This document shows positions 26,196-40,109 of a stretch of DNA of 64,000 nt, one piece after another (the first letter of the stretch is position 1; each line of letters begins with the position of its first letter). The notes under the pieces were generated by a model that was not told the DNA's origin, did not search any database, and was given only the letters and a program-made list of their open reading frames with translations. The translations under genes were made by a program, and so were the position numbers. Origin of the DNA: Octopus vulgaris (taxonomy: Eukaryota); contig OX597833.1 of assembly GCA_951406725.2 (NCBI GenBank), positions 52,328,001 through 52,392,000 of the forward strand. Direction: 5' to 3'.

Positions 26196-26770
26196 GGAAT
26201 ATTTAGAAACCGTTGGTATTTAGTTTTGAAGGAAGTTTCTTTGCTTGTGTGTTATGTTGTGTAATCGCTAAATTGATATCAGAAGAAAATCGTAAAATTT
26301 GGTTGCTTCTTACTTGCACATGTGTCTACTTACTCACTAAATCAAATTCCATTCCTATATTTTCACTTGTGCTATAGGCCAGAGTTATGTGTTGTCTTAA
26401 GGTCCAACCGGTTTATCCCATATAACTCTCTATATGCCTGGAGCATGAATCGCATAGAGTAAGTTTTTGAGATGCCTTGTTGAAGTTATCTTTATTGTGA
26501 AGACATTATAATTTGCAATGGAATTCCGTCTCTTGTATCAGATTAAAACATACACCACAGTAGGGTCTTGCGCATTTTTCTACTGTTGGTCTTGCTGTTA
26601 TTTTGTGCAGCTTGGTCTTTGTTAATATCTGTTCATTGACTCGGCTGGTGTTTTATTCTTTATGGTGGCATACGCTTGAAGGATTTAGTGCAACCTGGAA
26701 TCCTATTTGGATGTCGGTATATTTTGGAATATGTTTTCTTAAGCCCCGTTGTTTGCAGGTTTGCATGTGG
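26195..26770 (-). mobile_element. Penelope-like element fragment (decayed GIY-YIG endonuclease region)
   Basis: Minus-strand translation with stops/frameshifts: TVEKCARPYCGVCFNLIQETEF...(NLLYAI in an adjacent frame)...ESYMG*TGWTLRQHITL...KQPNFTIF. This is the Cys-rich linker plus Y(I/M)G.T..LR pattern of PLE endonucleases. Confidence 0.72.
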
Positions 26771-27124
26771 ATATATATGGTGAGAGCTGTGATTTTTGTG
26801 GTAGTGGCTAAGCGGTGGTAGTTGTAATCATCATGTTTGTAGTGGTGATGCTTACAGTGGCGGTATTGTCGTTATGGTGGTGGTGGTGGCATTGGTGATA
26901 TGGTAACGTGGTAATGATGCTTCAGTGGTGATAGGTGTGTTGTAGTTTTGGTAGTAGTGATGATTATAGCGGTGATATTTGTGCTCATAGTGATGATGAG
27001 GAAAATGGTGCTTACAATGGTGGAATGAGCCATAATAGTGTTGCATGTGGAGATTGTAATATTAGTGATCGTTGTAACGGTGGTTGTGGTGATGATGATA
27101 GCGTTGACGGTGGTGGTAGCGGCA

Positions 27125-27152
27125 GAAGTGGCAGCGGTAGTGGTGGTGGTGG

Positions 27153-27183
<31 letters not shown>

Positions 27184-27203
27184 GGTGGTGCTGGTGGTGG
27201 TTG

Positions 27204-27234
<31 letters not shown>

Positions 27235-27405
27235 GGTGGTGGTGGTGGTGCTGGTGGTGGTGGTGCTGGTGGTGGTGCTGGTGGTGCTGGTGGTGCTGGT
27301 GGTGGTGCTGGTGGTGGTGCTGGTGGTGGTTGTGGTGGTCGTGGTCGTGGTCGTGGTGCTTGTGGTGGTGCTGGTGGTGGTGCTGGTGGTGGTGCTGGTG
27401 GTGGT
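27125..27405. repeat. (GGT)n/(GGTGCT) G-rich tract
   Basis: Directly visible. Source of the poly-Gly/Val/Trp ORFs. Confidence 0.95.
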
Positions 27406-27448
27406 GATGTTCTGAGAGTTTTACGTGTCGTAGGGAGGTGAAGTTACA

Positions 27449-27475
27449 GACGTTTCAGTGAAGGTTCTTCGTCGG
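27449..27475 (-). ncRNA. Degenerate hammerhead-like motif
   Basis: CCGACGA-AG-aaccuuca-CU-GAAA-CG-UC on the minus strand. Stem II is weak and stem I is not evident. Confidence 0.3.
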
Positions 27476-27758
27476 AAAAAAAACAAAAAATATTTTGTTG
27501 CAACTTAACTGAATGACTTCTGCTGGGAAAAAAAACATTTCGGGGACTCCAGATTATATAGTAGAATGTAGAGGACAGACTGGAATACAGAGCAAACATA
27601 GAGATAGACACAATATGGAGATAAGGAAAGTAAGGTAGATAAAGTGAGAGGGGTGAGATAGAAAGAGAAAAGGAGAAGGGGAACGAGAGAGAGAGGTGCC
27701 GATTGTATGTTTGTGTGATTCTGTTTGTAAGTATATGTTGACATCTATATGCAAGCAC

Positions 27759-27855
<97 letters not shown>

Positions 27856-28092
27856 TGTGTGTCTGTGTGCGCGTGTGTATATGTATGTATGTATATATAT
27901 ATGCGTGTGTATGCATATGTATATGTATGTATGTATACACACATACTGTGCACATATGATACATACTATGTGCAAACATAAATATATATATTCATAGATG
28001 TGTATGTGTGTGTATGTGTGTGTGTATGTGTGTGTGTGTGTGTGTGTGGTATGTATATATATATATATATATGCATATGGGTAGGTTCTGTG

Positions 28093-28252
28093 TGTCAATG
28101 ACACCAATCAGCCGAATTATCTCCCATTAGCGAGTAGCGAAAAAGTGGCTGAGGCATGTCACGACCGGCAATCAGCGTCTCTCTGAGTCGGCTGACAGAG
28201 AGAGACAAGGATTGGCAGGCCGTGTCAAATACTGAAGTAGAGGCAGCAGATG
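28093..28252. promoter_or_regulatory. GC-richer unique island with CCAAT and TALE-homeodomain-like motifs
   Basis: CCAATCAG, GCAATCAG, GATTGGCAG, CTGACAG and several TGTCA/TGACA within ~160 bp. Motif match only. Confidence 0.3.
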
Positions 28253-28529
28253 GGTGATAGTGGGAGATAGGAGTTGAAAGAGGGAGTAACGGTGCTGAGA
28301 TGAGCAGGAGGAGTAGGCGGAAGGGGAGGTGTGGGAAGAGAAAAGGTGGATGCAGGGAGAGGAGGGTAAGGGTGAGACGGAGAGAAAGCAAAACTAGAGT
28401 GAGAATCGAGGACAGAATTTAGAGAAAAACTCTATGTATGAGTACGAGCTTTCGTATATTTGTATATTTGTATATCTGTTGTGTTTTTGTGTATGCGTGT
28501 GAATGTTTTTGTGTTTATGAGGGAAAGAA

Positions 28530-28568
<39 letters not shown>

Positions 28569-28719
28569 GAGAGAGAGAGAGGGAGAGAGAGGTTGATATA
28601 GAGAGGGAGGGATATATCTACATAGACACAAACATATGTACATATGTCTATATACATGTGTATAAAGAAGAAACAGACAGACAGGGAAGGTGAGATAAGG
28701 GCACACACACAGACATACA

Positions 28720-29123
<404 letters not shown>

Positions 29124-29264
29124 AAGAGGGGGAAGAAGGGGGGAATGAGTATGTGATTAGTTAAAAGCGGATGAAAAGAGTCAATTAGAAAGTAAGCGTG
29201 AAGAAATGGTCGGAAAGAGGAGGGGGGAAGAGGACCATGCTAGCACGCACATTCACACATATAC

Positions 29265-29297
<33 letters not shown>

Positions 29298-29968
29298 TAC
29301 ACACAAATACGAACCCGAAACCCGAATTACGTACGCACTCAAATAGACTTACTCATGTCTATATGCGTATATACGAGGATAAATATTTATTTATCCCACG
29401 TACTTAATGTAATAAATAGCCAAATGCTACGCCTTTGTAGTCGTTATTGTGGTTTTGCTTCTTGTTGTTGTTATTGTTGTTGTTATTGTTTTCGTTGTTA
29501 TTTTTGTTCTTCATGATAATGAACCCCAATGAGTGAGCCCTGGTCTACTAGAATCTATATTTCTTTTATCGTTTTGTCTTTTTTATTTTCCATTGGCTTC
29601 AGACATTGAACTCCGGCCCTGTTTGGGTAACACCTTCAAGGGATCAATCTAACGCATCCACCTCAGTACATTTATTTTTTTTTCTTAGTGAAAGAAAAAG
29701 ACGAATGGTACTTATTCCCCCTGTCTATTTTGGCGTGCCACAAACCGACACCAGTTGTCAAGCGAGGGGACAAAATGCTAAAACAACAAAAAAAACACCA
29801 TGTAATTTGTGGTAAATCATTTTACCTTTGCCCATATAATACAGTAAATGAATTGATTGCATCGCAATCATTAACATTTATGTATTAACTTTGTTGGGTA
29901 CTTCACTATCAGTATATTGGATTTATGTTATCCCATGGAGGGTTGCATTTACAACCCATATCTCAATT

Positions 29969-30024
<56 letters not shown>

Positions 30025-30180
30025 GAAGGAATATTATTCCAAACTTACAGGGAAAAACTCAATTTATAAATACTTAATCATTGTTATAAGTTTTATCTTA
30101 TATTTAATCTTTCTATAATATGTAATTTTTCTAAGTTTTCATTATTGAATTGATAAAAGGTGTTTTTTTTCTAATTTATA

Positions 30181-30459
<279 letters not shown>

Positions 30460-30745
30460 ATATATACAGCTAAAATACACCTACAAATGTTTCTACTGCA
30501 TCGCTTAATAATCGTTACAATAGCAACTTTATTGTAATACCGGTAATGTATGGTTAAGCTAATGTATTTAGAATTGTCCAACAGAATGTATCTCTAAATT
30601 CTTATCTTATGAATTATTTTGGGATTTATATGCTAACCGTTGAATAACCTATTTTAAATTCCTAACTGTGAGCAAACCGGTAAACCTTCGGAGAAATCCT
30701 TTACTAATTACCAACATATGTATGTATGTATGAAACAACTTAAAG

Positions 30746-30810
<65 letters not shown>

Positions 30811-31654
30811 TGTGTGTGTGCGCGTGTGTATTCACACACACGACGAGCTTCCACTTTGTTTCTGATTATCAAATTCATTCACAGGCATCAATTGGCTCAG
30901 GGTTATAGTAGGTCTTTGTCTAGGATAAAGCGCGGTGTTGTAAACCTGAACACCAAATCACGCAGCCTCCTCAAGCTGCGATATTCTTAACCACACAGCG
31001 ATAATAAGTTATTTTAGCCGCGACAGCCTCGTCTTTTCTTTAGACATAGGTAAAACATAGGTGTATTATGGTTAAGAGGGTTTCTCTGCAACCAAATGTT
31101 CAATGATCGTTGCCACCCTACGATACACGCCTCAGAAAGGATTAAGGCCTTAGCAGAATTAAGTAGACGGAAATTGTATGAAAGATCGCCAATCTCTCAC
31201 GGTCTTTTTGTATGTCTGTCTGTCTGTCTAACGAACTAACTAGCTAACTAACTGACTAACCAGCTAAGTCTGTTCTATCTATATAGTACTTAAAATATAC
31301 AGATGTACCACTTAAGTTTCATTGTGAGGATAGCATCTGCACTTCTTCTAGATTGTAATACTTCGTCCAAAGTACTGATTAGCACCTTTTCATTTCAGCA
31401 GACATAACAAATATGGTTAATTGTGATATGGAAAAGAAAACTTAATGAACGATAAGGAATAGAAATGAACAAGGTATCACTCAGGATATTTTAGCACTTC
31501 AAAAATGAGAGTAACACAAATAAACAAAGCGCAACGAATTCTTTCTCAGACACCATTTTTTAAAAAAATTTCTCTCTCTTTTTATTTTCTCTCTCTGTTT
31601 ATTTCCGTGTTCCTTTCTGTGATGTCCTGTACCCATACATGCATATATGAAGAC

Positions 31655-32076
31655 CCAAGTTCAGTCCTACTGCGTGGTACCTTGCGGAAATTTCTTCTAT
31701 TATAGCCTCAAGCTAACCACAGCCGTGTGAGTGAATTTGGTAGAGGAGAAACTGAAAAAAGCCCGTTATACATATATATTTGCCTGTGTGCGTGGGCGTG
31801 CGTGTGTTTGTGTATGTGTGTGTGTGTTTGTGTCAGTGTTTGGCCCACCACCACCACCACCATCACTACCACCGCCGCCACCACCACTTAGCAACTAGTG
31901 TTAGGATCATTACTGGGATCGATTCGTTAGACTAACATTCTCCAAGTGGTGTCCCAGGATGGCAGCAGGCTTACAAAGAATAAGTCCTTGTGTCGATTTG
32001 CTCGACTAAAGGCGGTGCTCCAGCATGGCCGCAGTCAAATGACTGAAACAAGTAAAAGAGTAAAAGAGTAAAGAGT
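31655..32076 (+). mobile_element. SINE family B, old body with a second, younger tail
   Basis: AGTTCAGTCCTACTGCGTGG...; tail GGCTTACAAAGAATAAGTCC...GTAAAAGAGTAAAAGAG. Confidence 0.8.
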
Positions 32077-32855
32077 ATATATACACACACACACACACAC
32101 ACAAACACACACATATGCACACGTACGCACACTGATACATACATGTATATATGTGAGATGCACTAATATATATTTACATGTATACAGTTATATGTTTATA
32201 TTCTGAAAGATAGATAAATAGGGTTTTTAGTTCCATTGAGAATCTTTGAGTGGGTAATTTAACCTTTGTCCTTTGACTGCGGGACGTAATTGGAATCTGA
32301 CACGTTGTGCCAACGTCTCAAGCTATGAGGCTTAAAGAAGACGTCACATCTAGAATTGGCTAACTAGCGTTGACACCGCTAAGTTGGAACGGACATGGCG
32401 GATAAGGTCACAGGCTTCAGTCGGTTTGGCAAGAGTTCCAGGAAGATGAAAAGAAAGAAAGAAAGAAAGAAAGAAACATATAAACAAAGAGAGAAATGAA
32501 GAATGAATGAATGAATAAAAGAAAGTAAACTGAATTCAAATTATCCGTAATCTACGAACGTGTCTTCAGTATGTTGCAATAGTGAAGTGAATAGTGGCAT
32601 CGCTTTTGTTTTGTTTGTTTGTTTTTTTTTTCGTTGGTTTTGGTCGAAGCTGTCCTGAGTTCGCGTCTTGGAATCGCAGGTGATATTCCTGCTTACTCTT
32701 GTTGTCTGATGTTTTGATTAAAGGTCAGCTCTAGACGAGACTTGTTTCCAGACTCATTCGCATCCTATATCTTTTATTTATTTATTTATTATCTTTTATT
32801 TGTTTCACACATTTGAATGCAGCCATGCTGGGGCACCACCCGGAAGACTTTTGTC

Positions 32856-33157
32856 CAGTGTTTACCAACCTATTTTCCCCCAAGCCCCACAATAACCTAC
32901 CAGAAAAATGCATGCCCCACCGGTGATTGGAGAAAAGCAACTTTATTTCTAATATTCTAATATTCTATTACAACTCTTTAATACAACAGAATCTGCCGGG
33001 AACTCTATTAGCAAGTACAGAGTACAAAAAAACGTACATTATTGAATAATAAAAAAAAAGATATTTACAATTACTTGTCCTACTTGAGAAAAGTTCTTTA
33101 AAATTTGGATCGCATGCTCCATCACAATTTTCTCAAGCCCCACATTGGGAATAACTG
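32856..33157. mobile_element. hAT-like MITE
   Basis: Termini CAGTGTTTACCAA and TTGGGAATAACTG; subterminal GCCCCAC repeats. An 8-bp TSD is not recognisable. Confidence 0.55.
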
Positions 33158-33291
33158 GTCGAGTTGAAGAAGTCGACACCAGCAATGTTTCTTTTTTTTT
33201 TGTTTCAATTTGGTACTTTTCATGAACCACTAAGTTACGGAGACGAAAACATTCCGGCAGCGTTGCCAAGTGATGGTGGGTACAAAAACAA

Positions 33292-33633
33292 GGCGGCGAG
33301 CTGGCAGAAAGGTTAGCACGTCGGACGAAATGCTTAGCGGTATTTCGTCTGCCGCTACGTTCTGAGTTCAAATTCCGCCGAGGTCGACTTTGCCTTTCAT
33401 CCTTTCGGGGTCGATTAAATAAGTACCAGTTACGCACTGAGTCAATATAATCGACTTAATCCGTTTGTCTGTCCTTGTTCGTCCCCTTTGTGTTTGGCCC
33501 CTTGTGGGTAGTAAAGAAATAGGTATTTCGTCTGTCTTTACGTTCTGAGTTCAAATTCTGCCGAGGTCGACTTTGCCTTTCATCCTTTCGGGGTCGATTA
33601 AAGCCCCTTGTGGGCAATAAAGAAAAAAGGTTA
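33292..33633 (+). mobile_element. SINE family A dimer with 12-bp TSD
   Basis: GTACAAAAACAA at 33280-33291 and 33634-33645; concatemer junction at 33511-33532. Confidence 0.9.
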
Positions 33634-34099
33634 GTACAAAAACAAAAGCAGATACACATATATTTACACACACACACGCACACACATATATGCGTCATGG
33701 GCTTCCACACACTTTCCATCTACCAAATTCACTCACAAGTCGTTGGAATCCCGGGGTTACAGTAGGAGACACTTGCCTAAGGTTCCGTGTTGTAGGAGTG
33801 AACCCGAAACCACGTGGTTGCCAAGCGAGCTTCTTAACCCCACAGCTATGCCTACCCCTGCATTCCTTTTTATTTTTGTAAGGGATCAATTTATATTACA
33901 TTATCTTTATTTTTTGAACCCACAGATAATAAAAACAATGTCGAAATTGGCGTGATTTGAACGTATTGCGTTTTCTACTTAGCAATTAGATAAATACAAT
34001 AACACAGAACAGAAATTACGCATGACTCTTTTTTCTATATATTAAAATCGTTATCAATTTATTGGTAAATATAATTAAACAGACAGTACAATGCTGATG

Positions 34100-34483
34100 G
34101 TGGAGGCGCAATGGCCCAGTGGTTAGGGCAGCGGACTCGCGGTCGGAGGATCGCGGTTTCGATTCCCAGACCGGGCATTGTGAGTGTTTATTGAGCGAAA
34201 ACACCTAAAGCTCCACGAGGTTCCGGCAGGGGGTGGTGGTGAACCCTGCTGTACTCTTTCACCACAACTTTCTCTCGCTCTTTCTTCCTGTTTCTCTTGT
34301 ACCTGTATTTCAAAGGGCCAGCCTTGTCACACTCTGTGTCACGCTGAATCTCCTCGTGAACTACGTTAAGGGTACACGTGTCTGTGGAGTGCTCAGCCAC
34401 TTGCACGTTAATATCACGAGCAGGCTGTTCCGTTGATCGTATCAGCTGGGACCCTCATCGTCGCAACCGACGGAGTGCTCCTA
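34100..34483 (+). mobile_element. tRNA-derived SINE family C (body N + tail Y), full-length with 13-bp TSD
   Basis: Head GGAGGCGCAATGGCCCAGTGGTTAGG...GGTTTCGATTCCC. TSD TACAATGCTGATG at 34087-34099 and 34484-34496. Confidence 0.93.
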
Positions 34484-34485
34484 TA

Positions 34486-34523
34486 CAATGCTGATGAGGT
34501 TTAAAAGACCGAAACATATATTG
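34486..34523 (+). ncRNA. Minimal type I hammerhead ribozyme-like motif
   Basis: CAAUG-CUGAUGA-GGUUU-aaa-AGACC-GAAA-CA-UA-UAUUG. Stem I is 5 bp and stem II is 5 bp; stem III CA is probably CG after CpG decay. Confidence 0.6.
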
Positions 34524-35024
34524 CTATGCCTTTGTCTTGAAACATAGATTAGACTTTACATTTCTTATAATTTAATTTTAAGACCTAAATTCTTAGATTC
34601 TTGAAATTATCTGCCCGTTTTAATTTGAGATTCTCTGACAATTACAACTAAGCTTTTAATTATTTTCTCCAAATATATGATAGGAGTTTCAATTAATTAG
34701 GAATATTTTGCATACAGCATCGAGTAAGATACTTTTTACTCATCATACTAAGTCACGACTACCATAATCACCATAACCACCACTGCCGTCACCACCACCA
34801 CCACCACCGCTACCACCATCACTGTAACCTCCTGCACCGCCAACACCAGCAACACTAGGAATTATTAGTGCAATAAGAACTCAGTGTGTCACGTGTGTTT
34901 TTTTCTCTGTGTGTTTATGTGTAGGCGTGAGAAAGAAACTCGCTGATTGGTTCCAATTTTCCTGTTCGTTGTAGCATATAATTGCTATGATATAACAATC
35001 CACTGAGTCAGACGTCATCTCAGC

Positions 35025-35079
35025 GTGATGGTGGTCACGACGACGACGACGACGATGATGACGACGGTGATGATGATGG

Positions 35080-35140
<61 letters not shown>

Positions 35141-35346
35141 CAAAGATAACGATCATGATGATTATGTTGATGACGTCGATAACGACGATGAGGATTATGT
35201 TGATCATGACGACGACGACGACGATGATGTTAACGATGGTAATGATCATGGTGATGATGACGAAGATGATGGTGATGATGTCCATGATCACGACGACAAC
35301 AATGACGACGATGACGACGAAGATGATGATGATGTTCATGATGATG
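35025..35346. repeat. (GAT)n/(GAC)n degenerate microsatellite
   Basis: Directly visible. Confidence 0.95.
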
Positions 35347-35614
35347 AAAAGGGATTGTGCTGGTAGTGGTGGCGGTGGTGACACTATTGATTGCTGGTGG
35401 CGATGGCTATGCGAAACGGCAGTAACTGTGACGATAATAGTGCCTGTAACAATGTGATGGCTATACTGATAGTGATATAATGAGAGTGATGATTAATTAA
35501 TGGTTGGTGATGGTCTTGGTAATGGTAATGATGGTGGTGATGATGTTACTAAAAGGCAAAACATGCAGAGGAATTAACAGCACTAAAATATAACCAATAA
35601 CATACAACCACAAG

Positions 35615-36085
35615 TTTCCGGGTTAGGTCCCACTGCGTGATACCTTGGGTAAGTGTATTTTACTATAGCCTCGGGCCGACCAAAGCTTTGTGAGTGGATT
35701 TGGTAGAAAGAAATGGCGAGCTGGCAGAAAGGTTAGTACGGCGAACAAAATGCTTAGCGGTATTTCGTCTGCCGCTACGTTCTGTGTTCAAGTTCCGACG
35801 AGGTCGACTTTGTCTTTCATACTTTCGGGGTCGATTAAATAAGTACCAGTTACGCACTGGGGTCGATGTAATCCCTTTGTCCTTGTTTGCCCCCTCTATG
35901 TTTAGCCCCTTGTGGGCAGTAAAGAAATAAGAAGGAAACGGAAAGAAGCCCGTCGTATATGTAGATATAGGTGTGTATATGTTTGTTTGTCTGTGTTTGT
36001 CCCCCCAACATCGCTTGACAACCGATGTTGGTGTGTTTACGTCCCTGTAACTAGCGGTTCGGCAGAAATGACCGATAGAATAAAA
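35615..36085 (+). mobile_element. SINE B with SINE A (35714-35930) nested inside
   Basis: B sequence breaks at GATTTGGTAGAAAGAAA and resumes AGAAGGAAACGGAAAGAAGCCCGTCG. Confidence 0.85.
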
Positions 36086-36582
36086 TAATACACAACTACT
36101 TATGAAGGCTTCGTTTGGCTACGTATGTGTGTGAGCATGCGCGCGCATGTGTGTGTATCTATGTGTAGACGGAGACTGAAAGCACCCTCGTCTATATAAT
36201 GTGTGTGTGTATGAATGTATTTGTCCCCCTACCATCGTTTGACAACCGATTCTGGTTCGGTTGAACAAGCACTAACTTACAGAGAATAATTCCCGGGGTC
36301 GATTCCTTCGACTAAAACCCTGTAAGGCAGTGCTCCAGCATGATTGCATTCAAATGGCAAGCTGTGTCGTCCTTTCTCTTTACCTTGGATAACATTAGTA
36401 GCGTGGAGAGGTGAGGCTGGTAAGCATGGGCGACTGCTGGTCTTCCATAAACAACCTTGTCCGGATTTGTGCTTCGGAGGGTAACTTTCTAGGAGCGATC
36501 CTATTGTCATTCATGACCGAATGGGGTATTTACATACATACTAACATACATACAAACACACATACATACATACATGCATGCA

Positions 36583-36616
<34 letters not shown>

Positions 36617-36670
36617 CTTACGTATATATATATATATGTCAATGAATAACGAAGACGTACAGGTATCGAT

Positions 36671-36753
36671 TCATTACGGCCATTTCAAGCGACTCCTTTA
36701 ATTGATTAATGAAAACATTAGATTATCCGAAAGAAACCGTTCCCGTCAGATGA
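36671..36753 (-). ncRNA. Decayed hammerhead-like motif with long stem II, upstream of (TA)n
   Basis: UCAU-CUGACGG-GAACGGUUUCUUU...AAAGGAGUCGCUU-GAAA-UGGCCG-UA-AUGA. Stem II pairs 12/13 with wobbles; stem III is near-palindromic (C)GGCCG. Confidence 0.5.
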
Positions 36754-37005
36754 CAGCATAGACTTCAAACATAAACGATAAAACCACCGACCTAACATAT
36801 TCACATCAATAATGGAACTCAAATTATTTACATTGTTTTTGTTGTCATTCATACCTCTGGCAAGATGAGTTTAGATCTAACAAGGTGCCTTGATTTAACT
36901 ACCTAATTCAGCGGAATTTTAATTTTATTTCATATATATATATGTATGTATACATAATACATACATATATATATATGTGTGTGTATATACCTGCATATAT
37001 GTATA

Positions 37006-37250
37006 TGGGATCTATTCAGTTTCAAACAGATTTAAAAAAATTTTTCTTAACTAAACAGTTTGAAACTTCGAATACTGGTAGAATTTCTCACGTAGAACAC
37101 GGTTTACTCTGAACGTTTTTGACAAAATTTCGTATGTTAGGAGTTAATTCGTGTCAAAGTTGTCGTATTCAGGTAATTTCAACCAATCAACGACGTGTGC
37201 TCGCTTCAAGAAAGTTACTGCTGTTTGTGATTGGAACTGGATAGATCCTG
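37006..37250. mobile_element. MITE with GGATC-type TIRs in a TA context
   Basis: TGGGATCTATTCAGTTTCAA / TTGGAACTGGATAGATCCTG, flanked by TATA on both sides. Internal block shared with 1911, 44906 and 47260. Confidence 0.75.
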
Positions 37251-37255
37251 TATAC

Positions 37256-37357
<102 letters not shown>

Positions 37358-37367
37358 ACACATACAT

Positions 37368-37403
<36 letters not shown>

Positions 37404-37989
37404 GTATGTATTTAGATATATATATATGTGTGTGTGTATGTATGTCCAGATAGATAGATAGGTATACTATATATATGTGTGTATATGTGTGCGTGTGAAT
37501 TTGTGCATTTTAGTACGTGATGTGTGACTGATAGTGCTGTGTGTATGTGTGTGTGTATGTGTATGTAGGGGGAAGACCTGCAAACTCAAATGCCTATTTC
37601 TAATATTGATATATCACAAGCGAAATAAACATTCGCACACATATTCCAATGCATCATTGGAATATACACACATTTATACAGAATACAGACAGAGGCGCGT
37701 GCACGCATGTATGTTGATGTATGTGCGTGTGCGTATGTATATCAGACACTATATAATGGAGAAAAGACAAACTACCGCGTTGACATTAAACAAAAATCAC
37801 ACACGCACTCACTCACTCACTCTCTCCACTCACTCATACTCTTACTCACTCACTCGCACACTCATTACTTATTTACCACTCCCTCAGTTACTCACTATTA
37901 ACGGTATACACGTTTGAGTGAACGCACAGTTGCATAAGCTTTCGTACGTAAAAATGCACTTACATCCAGCGTTGCGCTTAGACTAACAT

Positions 37990-38252
<263 letters not shown>

Positions 38253-38487
38253 AGAGGGAGAGAGAGAGGCAGGAAGGGAAAAGGATGTTACGATTGTGTG
38301 TGTGTGTTTGTGTGTGTCTGTGTGTCTACATGTGTGCGTGTCTGTCTTTGAGTCTCTCTATGTGTCTGTGTATCTCAGAAGTTCTTCTAAGGGCAAGGCC
38401 CAATGCACTTATCTCCATCGATGCGCACGAATTAATACTAATATAGTGAGAAAGACACCGAGGTAGACAGGAGAATCTTGTGTGTCA

Positions 38488-38528
<41 letters not shown>

Positions 38529-38740
38529 TGTGTGTGTGTCCACATGCGTGTGTATGTATGTATGTGCATGCACGTCTCTATGTACGTGTGCGGATTTTGA
38601 GTATCTTGTGTGTGTGTGTGTGTGTGTCTACGTGTGCGTTTATCTGTGTGACTATATCTCAGCTGTACTCCTGACGGCAAGGCCCAATGCACTTATTAGC
38701 TTTGAATTTATTAAAATAATATTTATCTATCTCTGGCCTC

Positions 38741-38790
38741 TGACGTCGCCCATAAAATGGCCGCCGAAGGCAAACATGCTGGGAAGTCCC
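38741..38790. promoter_or_regulatory. Candidate motif cluster: CRE-like, posterior-Hox/Cdx-like, YY1-like, NF-kB-like
   Basis: TGACGTC (38741), CCCATAAAA overlapping AAAATGGCCGCC, and GGGAAGTCCC (38781-38790). Motif match only. Confidence 0.33.
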
Positions 38791-38980
38791 ACATCGCTTT
38801 TTCAGTGTTCGGTGAGACATGACCAACACTTGGCACTAATACCGCTGCTCATGCTGCTCCTTGAGCAGCCAACAAAGAAGGAATATTGCTAATCTATAAA
38901 TAATATAAAGAATTATGACATCGTAAGGAAGGAAGTATGGGAATATAACGAGGCAGAAAATAATGAAATAGCGTTTGATA

Positions 38981-39056
<76 letters not shown>

Positions 39057-39113
39057 GAAGTTAATGTAGAAAGTAAGAATATATAAATAATATACACTAA
39101 ATTAGGAGATATA

Positions 39114-39188
<75 letters not shown>

Positions 39189-39369
39189 GCATATATACAT
39201 GCATATATACATGCATATATTTGTGTGTGGGGTGGGATGCCTCTGTGTGCAAGAGTGAATGTATATAGGTATGTACGTATCCATATATTCGTGTATATGT
39301 ATAGACACACAGACGATTAATCATACGCATCATACGCATACATATAGATGTACATATATATATACACAT

Positions 39370-39410
<41 letters not shown>

Positions 39411-39411
39411 C

Positions 39412-39442
<31 letters not shown>

Positions 39443-39614
39443 AATATTCTATAATTATAAACATAATTATAATCAGGAGTCAGCACCGAAATTAAGAAAT
39501 TGGAGTTAAATGCCTTTTCTACTACCATAAAGATCTCCCAGACAGTAATACACTTTTTTACGTAGGCAAAACGAAAAAATAACGAATCCACACACACACA
39601 CACACAAATACACA

Positions 39615-39686
<72 letters not shown>

Positions 39687-40109
39687 AATACATACACGTG
39701 TGTGTGGGTATGTATATGTCTGTGTACACGTGTATAAAGAAGAGAGATTGGATTGAGTAAATGCGCTTTATTGCATAATACTACAATCGTTTCATCTCCG
39801 CTTTACCAGCAGGTGCCTAACGAAATATTATGATATAATATATCAAATATATTACATTGCATGACTATTATTTCAGGTACATTGTTAAGTAGAGTCTCCT
39901 CAGGGATGAATGGAATGAGTCTGCTAAATCAAATCATATTCCGCAGAAAGTAGACCACTCGTTGATTCTAGTACTATCACTTCATTAGCATATCACATTT
40001 ATATGAACCAAACACCGTTAGATCGTAAACCACAAGTACAGTTCAGTTGATTAAGAAAAACAGGTGGAAAAGAAACTATTTAAATATAATTATTCAAGAC
40101 ATAATAATA

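Larger units (their letters stand above)
32790..33860 (-). mobile_element. Old SINE B interrupted by a hAT-like MITE and a SINE A dimer
   Basis: Tail ~32790-32855, middle ~33160-33290, head ~33700-33860. Confidence 0.75.

Noticed and set aside
26935-27441. Gly-rich ORF, and the many YI/CV/HT/His/Asp-repeat ORFs elsewhere
   Set aside because: Translations of microsatellites, open in several frames on both strands.
34100-34175. tRNA gene
   Set aside because: tRNA-like A/B boxes, but it continues into a SINE body and is bracketed by a TSD; no proper acceptor stem.
39740-39880. Minus-strand GAAACGATTGTA...AATAAA near a microsatellite
   Set aside because: The 5' core (CTGAAAT) and stem II are too degenerate to call.
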